Positions 27,944 through 38,214 are shown, counted from the stretch's first letter. The stretch is 64,000 bases of DNA from Alphaproteobacteria bacterium (GCA_963555825.3 CAUVXB020000002.1:3072001-3136000); one strand, 5' to 3'. Numbers and translations: made by a program. The notes: generated from the letters alone by a model not told the origin.

Positions 27944-30900
27944 TATGGACGGCCGTCTTTGGGCCAGGTGACGACGTTGTCGTCGACGCCGGGCTCGGGC
28001 TCGGCGCCGCCGCCGGCGACGGCGCGGACCGGCGCCGGTTCGGCCAGGACGGGCTCAGGCGCCGGCGCGGCCGGTTCGGTGACCGGCTCGGTCTCGTGTG
28101 GCTTGGGCGCGCTGACGCCCAGGAAGACGCTCATCAGCGGCGGCACGATGACCAGCGTCAGTAACGCCGAGAGCGCCAGGCCGCCGACCACCACCGAGCC
28201 GAGGCCGCGGTAGAGCTCGGAACCGGCGCCCGGGAACAGCACCAGCGGCAGCATGCCGACGACGCTGGTCAGCGTCGACATGAAGATCGGGCGCAGCCGG
28301 TTGCGCGTCGCCTCCTGGATCGCGTCGCCCGCCGCCAGGCCCTCGTCGCGCATCAGGTATAGCGTCTGGTGGACCAACAGGATCGCATTGTTGACGACGA
28401 TGCCGATCAGAATGACGAAGCCGAGCATGGTCAGCATGTCCAAGGGCTGGAAGACGACCTGATTGAGCGCGACCAAGCCGCCGACGCCGCCCGCCGCGGC
28501 CAGCGGCACCGACAACAGGATGATCAGCGGATAGACGAAGCTCTCGAACAGCACCGCCATGAGCAAGTAGGTGATGGCGAGCGCAATCAACATGAACAGC
28601 TTCATCGACTGCCAAGTCTGCGTCAGCTTGTCGGCGGTGCCCGAAAGTTTGAGCCGGACACCGCCCGGCAGCCCGTCGCGCTCGAGCGGCGCGATGACCA
28701 TCGTCCGCAGCGTCTCGATCGCCGTCTCGAGCGGAATTTCCGGCGCCGGGTTGATCTTGAGTGTCACCGTGCGGACGCGCTCGCGGTGGCGGATCTCGGT
28801 CGGCCCCACGGTCATCTCGATGTCGGCGAGCGAGCTGAGCGGCAGGATCAGGCCGGAGGCGGTGACCACCGGGATCTGGCCGATGCCCTGGGTCTCGGCG
28901 ATGTGGTTCTGAGGACCCTGCAGGGTAAGATCGATGCGCCGGCCGTCGACCGTCACCTCGGCGACGCGCAGGCCCGAGTTGAAGGCGTCGACGCTCTGCG
29001 CCAGGCCGATCGCGGTCAGGCCGTTGTCGGCGACGCGCACCGGATCGGGCACCACGCGCACCTCGGGCGCGCCCAGTTCGAGCCCGGGGATCGGCCGGTA
29101 CTGGTTGCCTTCGTCGCGCGGCAAGGCGGCGGCGATCAGCCCCATCGCGCGCCGCGCCGCGCCAAGCGTGAGTTCGAGGTCCGGCCCCGAGACGTCGAGG
29201 TCGATCGAGCGGCCGCCGCCGATGCTGCGCCCGAACAGCGGATACTGGCTGATCGAGCCGAAGGTGCCGGGCTCGCGGAAGGCGGCCGCCTGCAGGATGG
29301 GGATCAGCTCCTTTGCGCGATCGGGGTCGACCGCGGCGGCGCCGAGAAAGGTCGAGGCGTGGTGCGCGACGAAGAAGAATCGATCCATCTTGGGTGGCTC
29401 GCCGGGCGCCGATTCGGGGCCGGTCTCGGTCCGCCAGTAGGGCCGCGTCGCCGCTTCGATCTTCGAGGCGATCGCCGTGGTCGTCTCGAGATTGTAGCCC
29501 GGCGGTGGCAGAATATAGCCGAACACCAGATTGCGGTTGCCCGAAGGCAGGTATTCGAGTTTCGGCAAGAACAGGTAGCTCGCCGTTGCGGCGGCGGCGC
29601 AGATCACGCCGACGACGACCAGCGACAGGAGCCGGCTGAGCGTTACTTGGCGGGTGAAGCCGAGCACCGAGCGCGAGAACAGCCTGGCGAAGCCGTCGAT
29701 GCCGGGCAGCGGCATGCGCGTCTGCTCGCCCTCGACCAGCAGCCGATTGGCGAGCGCCGGGATGACAGTGATCGAGACCAGCAGCGAAAGCAGGACAGAG
29801 ACCGAGATCGCCACCGCGATGTCACGGAACAACTGGCCGACCTCGAGCTCGAGCACGAGGATCGGGACGAACACCATGACCGTGGTGAGCGCCGAGACGA
29901 GCACCGCGCTCCAGACCTGCTTGGCGCCATTGTAGGCGGCCTCGCGGCGCGGCACGCCCTGCTCGCGCAGCCGATAGATGTTCTCCAGAACGACGATCGC
30001 GGCGTCGACCACCATGCCGACCGCGAACGCGATGCCTGCGAGCGAGATGACGTTGATCGAGCGGCCCATCGCGGCCATCGCGACGAAGGCGCCGATCACC
30101 GAGACCGGGATCGCCAGCGAGATGATCAGCGTGGCGCGCGGCGAACGCAGGAACAAGAGCAGGATGATCGCCGCCAGGACGCCGCCGATCCAAATGTTCT
30201 GGCGCACCAGATCGATCGCCGAGTTGATGTAGACGGTCTCGTCGTAGACATGCCGGAACTTCAGCCCGGCCGCCTTGAGCGGACCCGCCTTGAGCTCTTC
30301 GACCGCCTCGCGGATGCCCGCCATGGTCTCGATCACGTTGGCGCCGGCCTCGCGTTTGGCGCTCATCGCCATCGACACATCGCCGTTGTAGCGGATGTAC
30401 GAGGTGGCATCCTTGTAGTCGAAGCGGACGTCGGCGATGTCGCCGACGGTGACCCGCGCGAAGCGGCCCGACTGGGCGTCCTCGACACTGCGCAAGACGA
30501 CGTTGCGTACCCGGGGCAGCGAATTGAGCTCGGCGTCGGCACGCACGATATAGCGCCGTTTGCCCTCGTCGACATCGCCGGCCGAGACCGACAGGTTGGC
30601 CGCGCGCAGCGCGGCGATCACGTCGGGCACGGTCAGGCCGAAACGCGCCATACTCTGTGGATCGACGACGATGCGCAACTCGCGCTCGCTGCCGCCGTAG
30701 ACGTCGACGCGCGAGACGCCGGGAACGCGCTCGAGGCGGTCCTGAATGATGTCCAAGCCGAAGTCACCGTAGGTGTTCATCGGGCGCTCGTTGCCCTCGA
30801 CGCGGTTGAGCACGAACCAGGCGATCGACTGGTCCTCGGCGCCGGCGGTCCTGAGCGTCGGCTCGTCGACTTCTTCCGGGTAGCCGCTCACCCGGTCGAG

Positions 30901-31233
30901 GCGGTTGGCGGTCAGCAACAGCGCGCGGTTCATGTCCTGGCCGACGCGGAACTCGAGCTTGACGCGCGCGCGGCCGTCCTGCGCCCGGCCCTCGATTTCG
31001 ACCAGGCCCTCGAGGCCCTTGAGCACTTCTTCCTGGCGGTTGACGACCTCGCGCTCGATCTCGGCCGGCGCGCCGCCTGCCCAGTTGGTCGTGATCGTGA
31101 TGACCGGCCGGCGGACGTCGGGGGCGAGCTGGATCGGGATGATGCGCAGCGCCAGCACGCCGAACATCACCACCATCATGACGGCGGCGATGACGGCGAT
31201 CGGTCGGCCGATCGCGGCGCGGATCAGGTCCAC
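27943..31233 (-). CDS. RND efflux permease (AcrB/MdtB-like)
   Basis: GMVVDAAIVVLENI, GIVVNNAILLV, RLRPIFMSTLT. Confidence 0.95.
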   Translation of the reverse strand: MDLIRAAIGRPIAVIAAVMMVVMFGVLALRIIPIQLAPDVRRPVITITTNWAGGAPAEIEREVVNRQEEVLKGLEGLVEIEGRAQDGRARVKLEFRVGQDMNRALLLTANRLDRVSGYPEEVDEPTLRTAGAEDQSIAWFVLNRVEGNERPMNTYGDFGLDIIQDRLERVPGVSRVDVYGGSERELRIVVDPQSMARFGLTVPDVIAALRAANLSVSAGDVDEGKRRYIVRADAELNSLPRVRNVVLRSVEDAQSGRFARVTVGDIADVRFDYKDATSYIRYNGDVSMAMSAKREAGANVIETMAGIREAVEELKAGPLKAAGLKFRHVYDETVYINSAIDLVRQNIWIGGVLAAIILLLFLRSPRATLIISLAIPVSVIGAFVAMAAMGRSINVISLAGIAFAVGMVVDAAIVVLENIYRLREQGVPRREAAYNGAKQVWSAVLVSALTTVMVFVPILVLELEVGQLFRDIAVAISVSVLLSLLVSITVIPALANRLLVEGEQTRMPLPGIDGFARLFSRSVLGFTRQVTLSRLLSLVVVGVICAAAATASYLFLPKLEYLPSGNRNLVFGYILPPPGYNLETTTAIASKIEAATRPYWRTETGPESAPGEPPKMDRFFFVAHHASTFLGAAAVDPDRAKELIPILQAAAFREPGTFGSISQYPLFGRSIGGGRSIDLDVSGPDLELTLGAARRAMGLIAAALPRDEGNQYRPIPGLELGAPEVRVVPDPVRVADNGLTAIGLAQSVDAFNSGLRVAEVTVDGRRIDLTLQGPQNHIAETQGIGQIPVVTASGLILPLSSLADIEMTVGPTEIRHRERVRTVTLKINPAPEIPLETAIETLRTMVIAPLERDGLPGGVRLKLSGTADKLTQTWQSMKLFMLIALAITYLLMAVLFESFVYPLIILLSVPLAAAGGVGGLVALNQVVFQPLDMLTMLGFVILIGIVVNNAILLVHQTLYLMRDEGLAAGDAIQEATRNRLRPIFMSTLTSVVGMLPLVLFPGAGSELYRGLGSVVVGGLALSALLTLVIVPPLMSVFLGVSAPKPHETEPVTEPAAPAPEPVLAEPAPVRAVAGGGAEPEPGVDDNVVTWPKDGRP

Positions 31234-32436
31234 CTAACTGGCCCCATCGAATGTGACCGCCTGGCCGGGCATCAGACGTTCGTTGCCGCGGACCACGACG
31301 CGGTCGCCGGGTTGCAGGCCGTCGAGCACCTCGAAGCGCATTCCGAATGCCTCGCCCAGCTCGACGAAACGCGGTTGGGCGATGCCGTCGACGACGACGA
31401 AGACGCTGGCGCGCCCCTGCGCGCGGGTCACCGCGTCCTTGTGCACCGAGACGATCTCGCGCTGCTTGGCGATCGGCAGGTCGATCGAGGCCGACTGGCC
31501 ATCGGCGAGGCCCCGCGTGCCGCCGTCGAAACGCGGTGTGAAGCGCACCAAGCGGGTCCGCGTCTTCGAGTTCTCCTCGACGCCGACGGCGCGCAAGACG
31601 GCGCGGTGCGCGCTGCCGTCATCGAGCCGGAAGTCGACCTCGGTGCCGGGCGTCAGTGCCGCGATTCGGTCGAAGGGCACGTCGGCCTCGACCTCGAGAT
31701 CGCTGTCGTTGACCAGGGAAATGACAGGATCGCCGACGTCGAGGAAGGCGCCCGCCGAGGTGTGGCGCAGCGTCACTACGCCGTCGTAGGGCACGCGCAC
31801 CTGGGTGTTGGCGAGATCGTCCGCGGCGAGATTCAGTGCTGCCCTGGCGCGTAGGATGCCGGCCTGTGCCTGGTCGATCCGCGACAGCGCCTCGTGCGAC
31901 TGGGCGCGCGCCTCGTCGACCTGACTGGCCGCCACCACGACCTCTTGGCGCTGGTCATCGTGGCGCGCCTGCGAGTAGGCGGCCGAGCTGCGCAGATTCT
32001 CGAAACGCTGGAGTTCCTGGGTGGCGAGCGCGAGCCGCGCATCGGCGGTGACGACGCTCGCCTCGGCGACGGCGAGCCGCGCCTCGGCGCTGGCGAGCAT
32101 CGCCTGCTGCGCCTTGACTTCGGCGGCGGCGAGGTCCCGACGCCAGATCGATCGATCGGGGTTGATCAGTGCGACCACGTCGCCCCGCGCGACCCGGTCG
32201 CCGATGTCGACGCGCATCTCGGCCAGCGAACCGCGCGTGTTCGCCGAGATGACGCCGCGCTGGCGCGCGACCAGTCGGCCGATCACGGTGAACGCCTGGA
32301 CCAGCGGCTCGCGCGTCACCGCGTCGACGACCACCGCGGTCGCCGGGGCGTCGCCGTCGGTGCCCTGCGCGCGGACGTCGAGCGCCGGCAGCGCGGCGGC
32401 GAATGCCGTCACAATCGCGAGAAAGGGAGCTTTCAT
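31234..32436 (-). CDS. RND periplasmic adaptor (MFP)
   Basis: VDIGDRVARGD, long coiled coil, VRVPYDGVV, GLQPGDRVVVRG. Confidence 0.92.
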   Translation of the reverse strand: MKAPFLAIVTAFAAALPALDVRAQGTDGDAPATAVVVDAVTREPLVQAFTVIGRLVARQRGVISANTRGSLAEMRVDIGDRVARGDVVALINPDRSIWRRDLAAAEVKAQQAMLASAEARLAVAEASVVTADARLALATQELQRFENLRSSAAYSQARHDDQRQEVVVAASQVDEARAQSHEALSRIDQAQAGILRARAALNLAADDLANTQVRVPYDGVVTLRHTSAGAFLDVGDPVISLVNDSDLEVEADVPFDRIAALTPGTEVDFRLDDGSAHRAVLRAVGVEENSKTRTRLVRFTPRFDGGTRGLADGQSASIDLPIAKQREIVSVHKDAVTRAQGRASVFVVVDGIAQPRFVELGEAFGMRFEVLDGLQPGDRVVVRGNERLMPGQAVTFDGAS

Positions 32437-32595
32437 GGCGCGCGGAGTGTACATCAACCAGGCGTACCGGACCAAACGAGAACGCCAGGCCGCCAGGGGT
32501 CATTGGGCTGGCGCCGGGCCGACGACTATGGAACAGTAGGCATACCTACGTTCTTGGGCGAAGATGTCAAGTCACCGGCAGCGCTACGAGGTCCC

Positions 32596-33522
32596 ATGAC
32601 GACCATCGTTTACACCCACCCGATCTGTATTCAGCACGCCCCCGGGCCATATCATCCGGAATCTCCCGGCCGCCTGAAGGCGGTGATCGAGGCGCTGGAC
32701 GCGCCTGAGTTCGTCGGCGTCGAGCGACGCGAAGCGCCAATCGCCGAACGCGCCCAGATCGAACGCGTCCACGACGCCGACTACGTCGAGACGGTGCTCG
32801 CCGCGATTCCAGCAACGGGCCGCGTGCATCTCGATCCCGACACGGCGGTCTCGCCGGCCTCGGGCGAGGCGGCGTTGCGCGCCGCCGGCGCGGTCTGCGC
32901 GGCGGTCGACGCGGTGGTCGGCGGCGAGGCGCGCAATGCGTTCTGCGCCGTGCGCCCGCCGGGCCATCACGCCGAAAGGGCCCGGGCCATGGGCTTTTGC
33001 CTGTTCAACAACGTCGCGGTCGGCGCGGCGCACGCGCGCACCGTCCATGGGCTCGGTCGTGTCGCCGTGATCGACTTCGACGTCCACCACGGCAACGGCA
33101 CCCAGGCGATTTTCGCCGCCGACGCCGACCTCTTCTACGCCTCGACGCACCAGTATCCCTTCTACCCCGGTACCGGCGGGCGAGACGAAACGGGCGTCGG
33201 CAACATCGTCAACATGCCGCTCGCGGCGGGCAGCGGCTCGGACGAGTTCCGCCAGGCGATGACGCGTGAGATTCTGCCGGCGTTGCGCGCCTTCGGGCCC
33301 GATCTGGTGTGCATCTCGGCCGGTTTCGACGCCCATGTCGACGATCCTCTTGCGCAGCTCCGCTTCACCGAGGACGACTACCAATGGGCGACGGCCGAGA
33401 TCGCAAAGGCGGCGGACGAATGCTGTGACGGCCGGCTGGTCTCGACGCTCGAGGGCGGCTACGATCTGGCGGCGCTGGGGCGCTCCTGCGCGACCCACGT
33501 CCGCGCCTTGATGGCGGCATAA
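32596..33522 (+). CDS. Histone deacetylase-family protein
   Basis: HPESPGRL, RPPGHHA, GFCLFNN, DFDVHHGNGT, SAGFDAH, LEGGY. Confidence 0.95.
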   Translation: MTTIVYTHPICIQHAPGPYHPESPGRLKAVIEALDAPEFVGVERREAPIAERAQIERVHDADYVETVLAAIPATGRVHLDPDTAVSPASGEAALRAAGAVCAAVDAVVGGEARNAFCAVRPPGHHAERARAMGFCLFNNVAVGAAHARTVHGLGRVAVIDFDVHHGNGTQAIFAADADLFYASTHQYPFYPGTGGRDETGVGNIVNMPLAAGSGSDEFRQAMTREILPALRAFGPDLVCISAGFDAHVDDPLAQLRFTEDDYQWATAEIAKAADECCDGRLVSTLEGGYDLAALGRSCATHVRALMAA

Positions 33523-33603
33523 CCCGGAATTCTTACCATGGACAGGCGCGACCCACGCGGTGACGGATTTCGATCGGCGGGTTTGAATTAGGACCGATTG
33601 CAA

Positions 33604-33678
33604 TTAAGGGGACGTGATAATTAATTATACGGTGACAGTATACTCAATTGGTGTGAATTAAGTATCACGTCGCCTTAA
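33604..33678. repeat. AT-rich palindromic element with an internal third unit
   Basis: 23-bp arms TTAAGGGGACGTGATAATTAATT / AATTAAGTATCACGTCGCCTTAA (2 mismatches) enclosing GGTGACAGTATACTCAATT. Confidence 0.8.
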
Positions 33679-33814
33679 CTATTCGCCTGATTTTCCTCGC
33701 CTGTCGCCCGATATCGGCCGTGCCGCCGGCCTGCTTGGCGAGAATTTCGGGCGAAGTGGTGTTGTCAGCCAACGGGTCGGTGCGTACACTTCCGGCGCCA
33801 GGGAAGGGGGCGTG

Positions 33815-34066
33815 ATGGCCAAGACTGAGATACCGGACGACATCGCCAAGATGAGCTTCGAGGACGCGCTCAAGACGCTCGAGGACATCGTGCGCGATCT
33901 CGAATCGGGCGAGGGCAAGCTCGACGGCGCGATCGCGTCGTATGAGCGCGGTGCGCTCTTGAAGCGCCACTGCGAGGCCAAGCTCAAAGACGCTCAGCAG
34001 AAGGTCGACAAGATCGTCGCCGCCGGCGACGGCACGCTCGGCACCAAACCGGCCGACGAGGACTGA
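33815..34066 (+). CDS. xseB: Exodeoxyribonuclease VII small subunit
   Basis: MSFEDALKTLEDIVRDLESG..L..AI..YERG..L..HCEAKL. Confidence 0.95.
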   Translation: MAKTEIPDDIAKMSFEDALKTLEDIVRDLESGEGKLDGAIASYERGALLKRHCEAKLKDAQQKVDKIVAAGDGTLGTKPADED

Positions 34067-34076
34067 GGACGCCCCC

Positions 34077-34964
34077 TTGACCGACGTCGAGACCGCGTTG
34101 CGCGAAACCGCGGCCGCGGTCGACGCGACCCTCGATGGGCTGCTGCCCGCGCCAGAAGGCGCCGAGGCGCGCGTCGCCGAGGCGATGCGCTATGCGACGC
34201 TCGCCGGCGGCAAGCACTTGCGGCCCCATCTGGTGGTCGCCGGCGCCGACGTCTTCGACGTGCCGCGCGCGGCCGCGCTGCGCGCCGGCGCCGCGGTCGA
34301 GATGATCCACAGCTATTCCCTGGTGCACGACGACCTGCCGGCGATGGACGACGACGACCTCAGGCGCGGCCAGCCGACCTGCCACGTCGCCTTCGACGAG
34401 GCGACCGCGATTCTCGCCGGCGACGGCCTGCTGACACTGGCCTTCGAGGTGCTGGCGGCGCCCGAGACCCACGCCGACGCGGCGGTGCGCTGCCGGCTGG
34501 CCGCGGGGCTCGCGGCGGCGGCCGGCGCGCGCGGCATGGTCGGCGGCCAGATGATCGACCTCGCGGCCGAGGGCCGGACGCTCGATCTCGATGCGATCAG
34601 CCACCTGCAGGCGCTCAAGACCGGCGCGCTGATCACCTTTTCCTGCGAAGCCGGCGCGATCCTCGGCGAGGCGACCGACGACGAGCGCGCGGCGCTCGTC
34701 GGTTACGGCCGAGACCTCGGGCTGGCGTTCCAGATTGCCGACGATCTGCTCGATGTCGAGGGCAGCGAGGCCGTCATGGGCAAGGCGGTCGGTAAGGACG
34801 CGGACGCCGGCAAGGCGACCTTCGTCAGCCTGCTCGGCGTCGCGGGTGCGCGCGAGCACGGCCGCGCCACCGTCGACCGCGCGATCGCGCGGCTCGCGGT
34901 GTTCGGCGACAGGGCCGCGCTGCTTTCCGCGACCGCCCGCTTCGTCATCGACCGGCGTCACTGA
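34077..34964 (+). CDS. ispA: Farnesyl-diphosphate synthase
   Basis: GGKHLRP, HDDLPAMDDDDLRRG, FQIADDLLD, GKDADAGKATF. Confidence 0.93.
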   Translation: MTDVETALRETAAAVDATLDGLLPAPEGAEARVAEAMRYATLAGGKHLRPHLVVAGADVFDVPRAAALRAGAAVEMIHSYSLVHDDLPAMDDDDLRRGQPTCHVAFDEATAILAGDGLLTLAFEVLAAPETHADAAVRCRLAAGLAAAAGARGMVGGQMIDLAAEGRTLDLDAISHLQALKTGALITFSCEAGAILGEATDDERAALVGYGRDLGLAFQIADDLLDVEGSEAVMGKAVGKDADAGKATFVSLLGVAGAREHGRATVDRAIARLAVFGDRAALLSATARFVIDRRH

Positions 34965-34967
34965 GCG

Positions 34968-35708
34968 ATGGCCACCAAGCAGCGTCTCGACAGGCTGCTC
35001 GTCGAGCGCGGCCTGGCGTCGAGCCGCGGCGAGGCACAGGCGCTGATCATGGCGGGCCGCGTGTTTCGCGGCGAGCAGCGGCTCGACAAATCGGGCACCA
35101 GCGTCCCGACCGACGCGCCGCTCGAGGTGCGCGGCCGACCGCATCCATGGGTTTCGCGCGGCGGCGTCAAGCTGATCGGGGCGCTCGACCACTTCGGTCT
35201 CGACCCGGCCGGTCGAGTTGCGCTTGACGTCGGCGCCTCGACGGGCGGCTTCACCGACGTTCTCCTGACGCGCGGCGCGGCCAAGGTCTACGCCGTCGAC
35301 GTCGGCCGCGGCCAGCTCGCCTGGAAGCTGCGCGAAGACCCGCGCGTCGTCGTGCTCGAAGGCGTCAACGCGCGCTATCTCGGCGCCGGCGAGGTGCCCG
35401 AGCCGGTTGCGGCGGTGGTCTGCGACGCAAGTTTCATCGGCCTCGAGACCGTGCTGCCCGCGCCGCTCGCGCTCGCCGAGCCGGGCGCCTGGCTGGTCGC
35501 GCTGATCAAGCCGCAGTTCGAGGCCGGCCGGGCGCGCGTCGGCAAGGGCGGCATCGTGCGCGATGTCGCGGTACGCGAAGCCGTGCGCGAGCGGATCAGC
35601 GGCTGGCTCGATGGACGCGACGGGTGGCGGGTGATCGGCGCCATCGAAAGCCCGATTACGGGCGCCGACGGCAATGTCGAGTTCCTGCTTGCGGCCGCTC
35701 TGAAATAG
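34968..35708 (+). CDS. tlyA: TlyA-family rRNA 2'-O-methyltransferase
   Basis: S4 domain RLDRLLVERGL, VSRGGVKL, DVGASTGGFTD, LIKPQFE, GNVEF. Confidence 0.94.
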   Translation: MATKQRLDRLLVERGLASSRGEAQALIMAGRVFRGEQRLDKSGTSVPTDAPLEVRGRPHPWVSRGGVKLIGALDHFGLDPAGRVALDVGASTGGFTDVLLTRGAAKVYAVDVGRGQLAWKLREDPRVVVLEGVNARYLGAGEVPEPVAAVVCDASFIGLETVLPAPLALAEPGAWLVALIKPQFEAGRARVGKGGIVRDVAVREAVRERISGWLDGRDGWRVIGAIESPITGADGNVEFLLAAALK

Positions 35709-35712
35709 GAAC

Positions 35713-38214
35713 CTATTCGTCGAGAGTGGCGAGGCGTTCCTCGGCGACCTGGGTGATGCGTTCGCGAATATCCGGATTGTCGTTGAGCAGGGTGCGGAAC
35801 TCCTTGACGTAGAGCACCAGCACTTGGCAGTAACCGAGTGCCGTGATGTCCGCCATACGCGGTGTATCCTTCAACAGCGCGATCTCGCCGAAGAAATCGC
35901 CGCTGCCGAGGCGTACCGGCTCGGGCTGGATGTCGACCTCGACGGCGCCGGTCGAAATGTAATACATGGCGTCGCCCGCGTCGCCCTTGCTGACCAGGCG
36001 CTCGCCGGGCAGCACGAGTTGGGGCTTCAGGAGATTGGCGATCTCCTTGATGCGCGCCGCGTCGAGGTCGGCGAAGTAGGGCACCTTGGCGACCAGCTTC
36101 TCGGGCTCGAGGCCGAGGTCGAGGCGCGGCCGGCTGTCGATCGCGTCGGTGCGTGTGCGCATCTTTGCCTCGAGGTCGGAATAGACCTCTTGGTTGATGA
36201 TCGCCTGATCCAGCAGCGAACTGTAATTGGTGTCCTCGAGACGCAACGCGACGCGCTCGATGAGTCGTTCCTGCAACGTCTTGGCGTATTCGGGGTATTG
36301 CAGGCGGAGCGCCTCGAGCTGCTGGCGTGTGGCGTCCAGGCGCCGCTCTAGCACCGCGCCGAGTTCGTTGCCGATCGCCGCGCCGAAGACCGGCGCGATG
36401 CGCTCGCGGTTATGGACGATCAACTCGCGCACCACCATCTGGGTCGCGAGCAGCCGCTCGAAGCGGTCGGCCAGCCCGTTCGCCAGCGGTCGCGTGACGC
36501 CGCACATGCGCTGCAGGTTGAGCGCCATGCGGAACCACCTGGTGAAACCGAGCGTCTCCTCGACCGCGGCATCATAGCCCTCGACGCCGCCCGCCTTGAG
36601 ACCGTCCATTATCGTGTCGGCCTGTCCGTACAGACGCCGGGCGATGGTCGGCGAGATAAAACCCTGGGTGAAATAGTTGAGGTAGAGGCTGCGTTCGTCG
36701 CTGATCAGCGCGGTGAGGCCGGTCTTGACGCGGTCGGCCTCGGAGATCTCGCCGGTACCGGCCATTTCGGCCTCGATCTCGGCGAGCCGCGCGTCGTAGC
36801 GGCCGGCGAACTCGTCGACGACCCCATCGGCGAAATCGTAATCGCGCGCCGCGACCTGCAAATCGTCGCGGATGGCCGAGAGCGACATCGCGAGCACCCG
36901 GTTGCGCGTGTCGATGTCGCCGGGCGACAGCTTGTCGAGGCCGAGCATGGCCAGCAGCGGTTTCATGGTGACCGCGTTGACGAATAGCGTGAACATGACG
37001 AAGCCGGTAACCAGCACGACGACGAAGGTGCGAAGCTCGATCGGCAGCGCCTCGTTCTCGAGGATCGCCAACGCCAGCGCCAGCGACACCGCGCCGCGCA
37101 GGCCGCCCCAGAACATGACCGTGGTGTAGGCGCGGCTGACATCGCCGACCAGCCGGGCGGCGACGAAAACCGGCAGCAGGCCATAGAGGATCGCGGCGCG
37201 CACGCCGATCGCGGCGACGATCAGGACGGCGAGCAGGCCGAGCATCGTTCCCCAGCCCATCTCTTCGATGCCGAGCGCTAATACGTCCGGTACCGCCAGG
37301 CCGACCAGTACGAAGATCAGTGAGTTGGCCCAGAAGCCGATTTGTTCCCAGATCTCGACCAATCCGTGCCACGTCGCCGGCGAGACCGTCGTGCGGCCGT
37401 AGGAGCCGACCACCAGCGCCGCGGTGACCACCGCCATGACGCCCGAGACGTGGAGGTAGTGCTCGGCGAGGACGAAGGAGAGATAAGAGAGACTCACGGT
37501 CAACGTGATCTCGGCGAGTGGCACGCGATGGAGCCGGCCGATCACCCAACAAATGACGTGGGCGAAGATGTAGCCGACGATGACGCCGCCCAGGAAGACG
37601 CGCACGAAGGCGATCGCGCCGCCGAGCAGATCGGCCTCGGCGCCGCCCTCGATCATGGCGAGCAGGATGCCGAACAAGACGATCGCCGTGGCGTCGTTGA
37701 ACAGGCTCTCGCCCTCGACCAGGATGGCCAACCGCTTGGGCGCGCCCAGGTCCTTGAAGATGGCGACCACGGCGACCGGGTCGGTCGCCGAGACGATGGC
37801 GCCGAGCAACAGACAGACGACCAGGGAGACATCGGCGAAGGGATAGATCGCGCCGGCGACGACGAAGGTCGAAATCAACAACCCGACGATGGCGAGCAGC
37901 AGGATCGAGCCGATGTCGTCGAAGAGCTTGCGCACGTCGATCGAGAGCGCCGATTCGAACACCAGGGCGGGCAGGAAGATGAAGAACACGGCCTCGGACG
38001 TGATCGAGAAGCCGTCGAGCGCGGCGAAGAAGTCGCCCAAGATGCCCATGCCCTCGACGTCGTGGAGCGCCTGGACCGTGAAGCCGAAGACGATGCCGAG
38101 GGCGGCCAGCAGCACCGTGAAGGGAAAGTCGAGGCGCCGCGCGACCGGCAACAATAGGCTGGTGATCGCCAACAGCCCGGTCAGTCCGAGGACCGTGATA
38201 AAGGTTCCGTGGAT
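35713..38214 (-). CDS. CPA1 cation/H+ antiporter with a C-terminal cyclic-nucleotide-binding domain
   Basis: SATDPVAV, EGESLFNDA, WGGLRGAVSLALAL; cNMP domain GDFFGEIALL..PRMA. Start uncertain (ATC at 38214 behind GGAGG, or TTG at 38271). Confidence 0.9.
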   Translation of the reverse strand: MHGTFITVLGLTGLLAITSLLLPVARRLDFPFTVLLAALGIVFGFTVQALHDVEGMGILGDFFAALDGFSITSEAVFFIFLPALVFESALSIDVRKLFDDIGSILLLAIVGLLISTFVVAGAIYPFADVSLVVCLLLGAIVSATDPVAVVAIFKDLGAPKRLAILVEGESLFNDATAIVLFGILLAMIEGGAEADLLGGAIAFVRVFLGGVIVGYIFAHVICWVIGRLHRVPLAEITLTVSLSYLSFVLAEHYLHVSGVMAVVTAALVVGSYGRTTVSPATWHGLVEIWEQIGFWANSLIFVLVGLAVPDVLALGIEEMGWGTMLGLLAVLIVAAIGVRAAILYGLLPVFVAARLVGDVSRAYTTVMFWGGLRGAVSLALALAILENEALPIELRTFVVVLVTGFVMFTLFVNAVTMKPLLAMLGLDKLSPGDIDTRNRVLAMSLSAIRDDLQVAARDYDFADGVVDEFAGRYDARLAEIEAEMAGTGEISEADRVKTGLTALISDERSLYLNYFTQGFISPTIARRLYGQADTIMDGLKAGGVEGYDAAVEETLGFTRWFRMALNLQRMCGVTRPLANGLADRFERLLATQMVVRELIVHNRERIAPVFGAAIGNELGAVLERRLDATRQQLEALRLQYPEYAKTLQERLIERVALRLEDTNYSSLLDQAIINQEVYSDLEAKMRTRTDAIDSRPRLDLGLEPEKLVAKVPYFADLDAARIKEIANLLKPQLVLPGERLVSKGDAGDAMYYISTGAVEVDIQPEPVRLGSGDFFGEIALLKDTPRMADITALGYCQVLVLYVKEFRTLLNDNPDIRERITQVAEERLATLDE

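Noticed and set aside
28369-31854. 1161-aa plus-strand ORF
   Set aside because: Antisense shadow of the RND/MFP genes; such shadows are expected from high-GC codon bias and it has no motifs.
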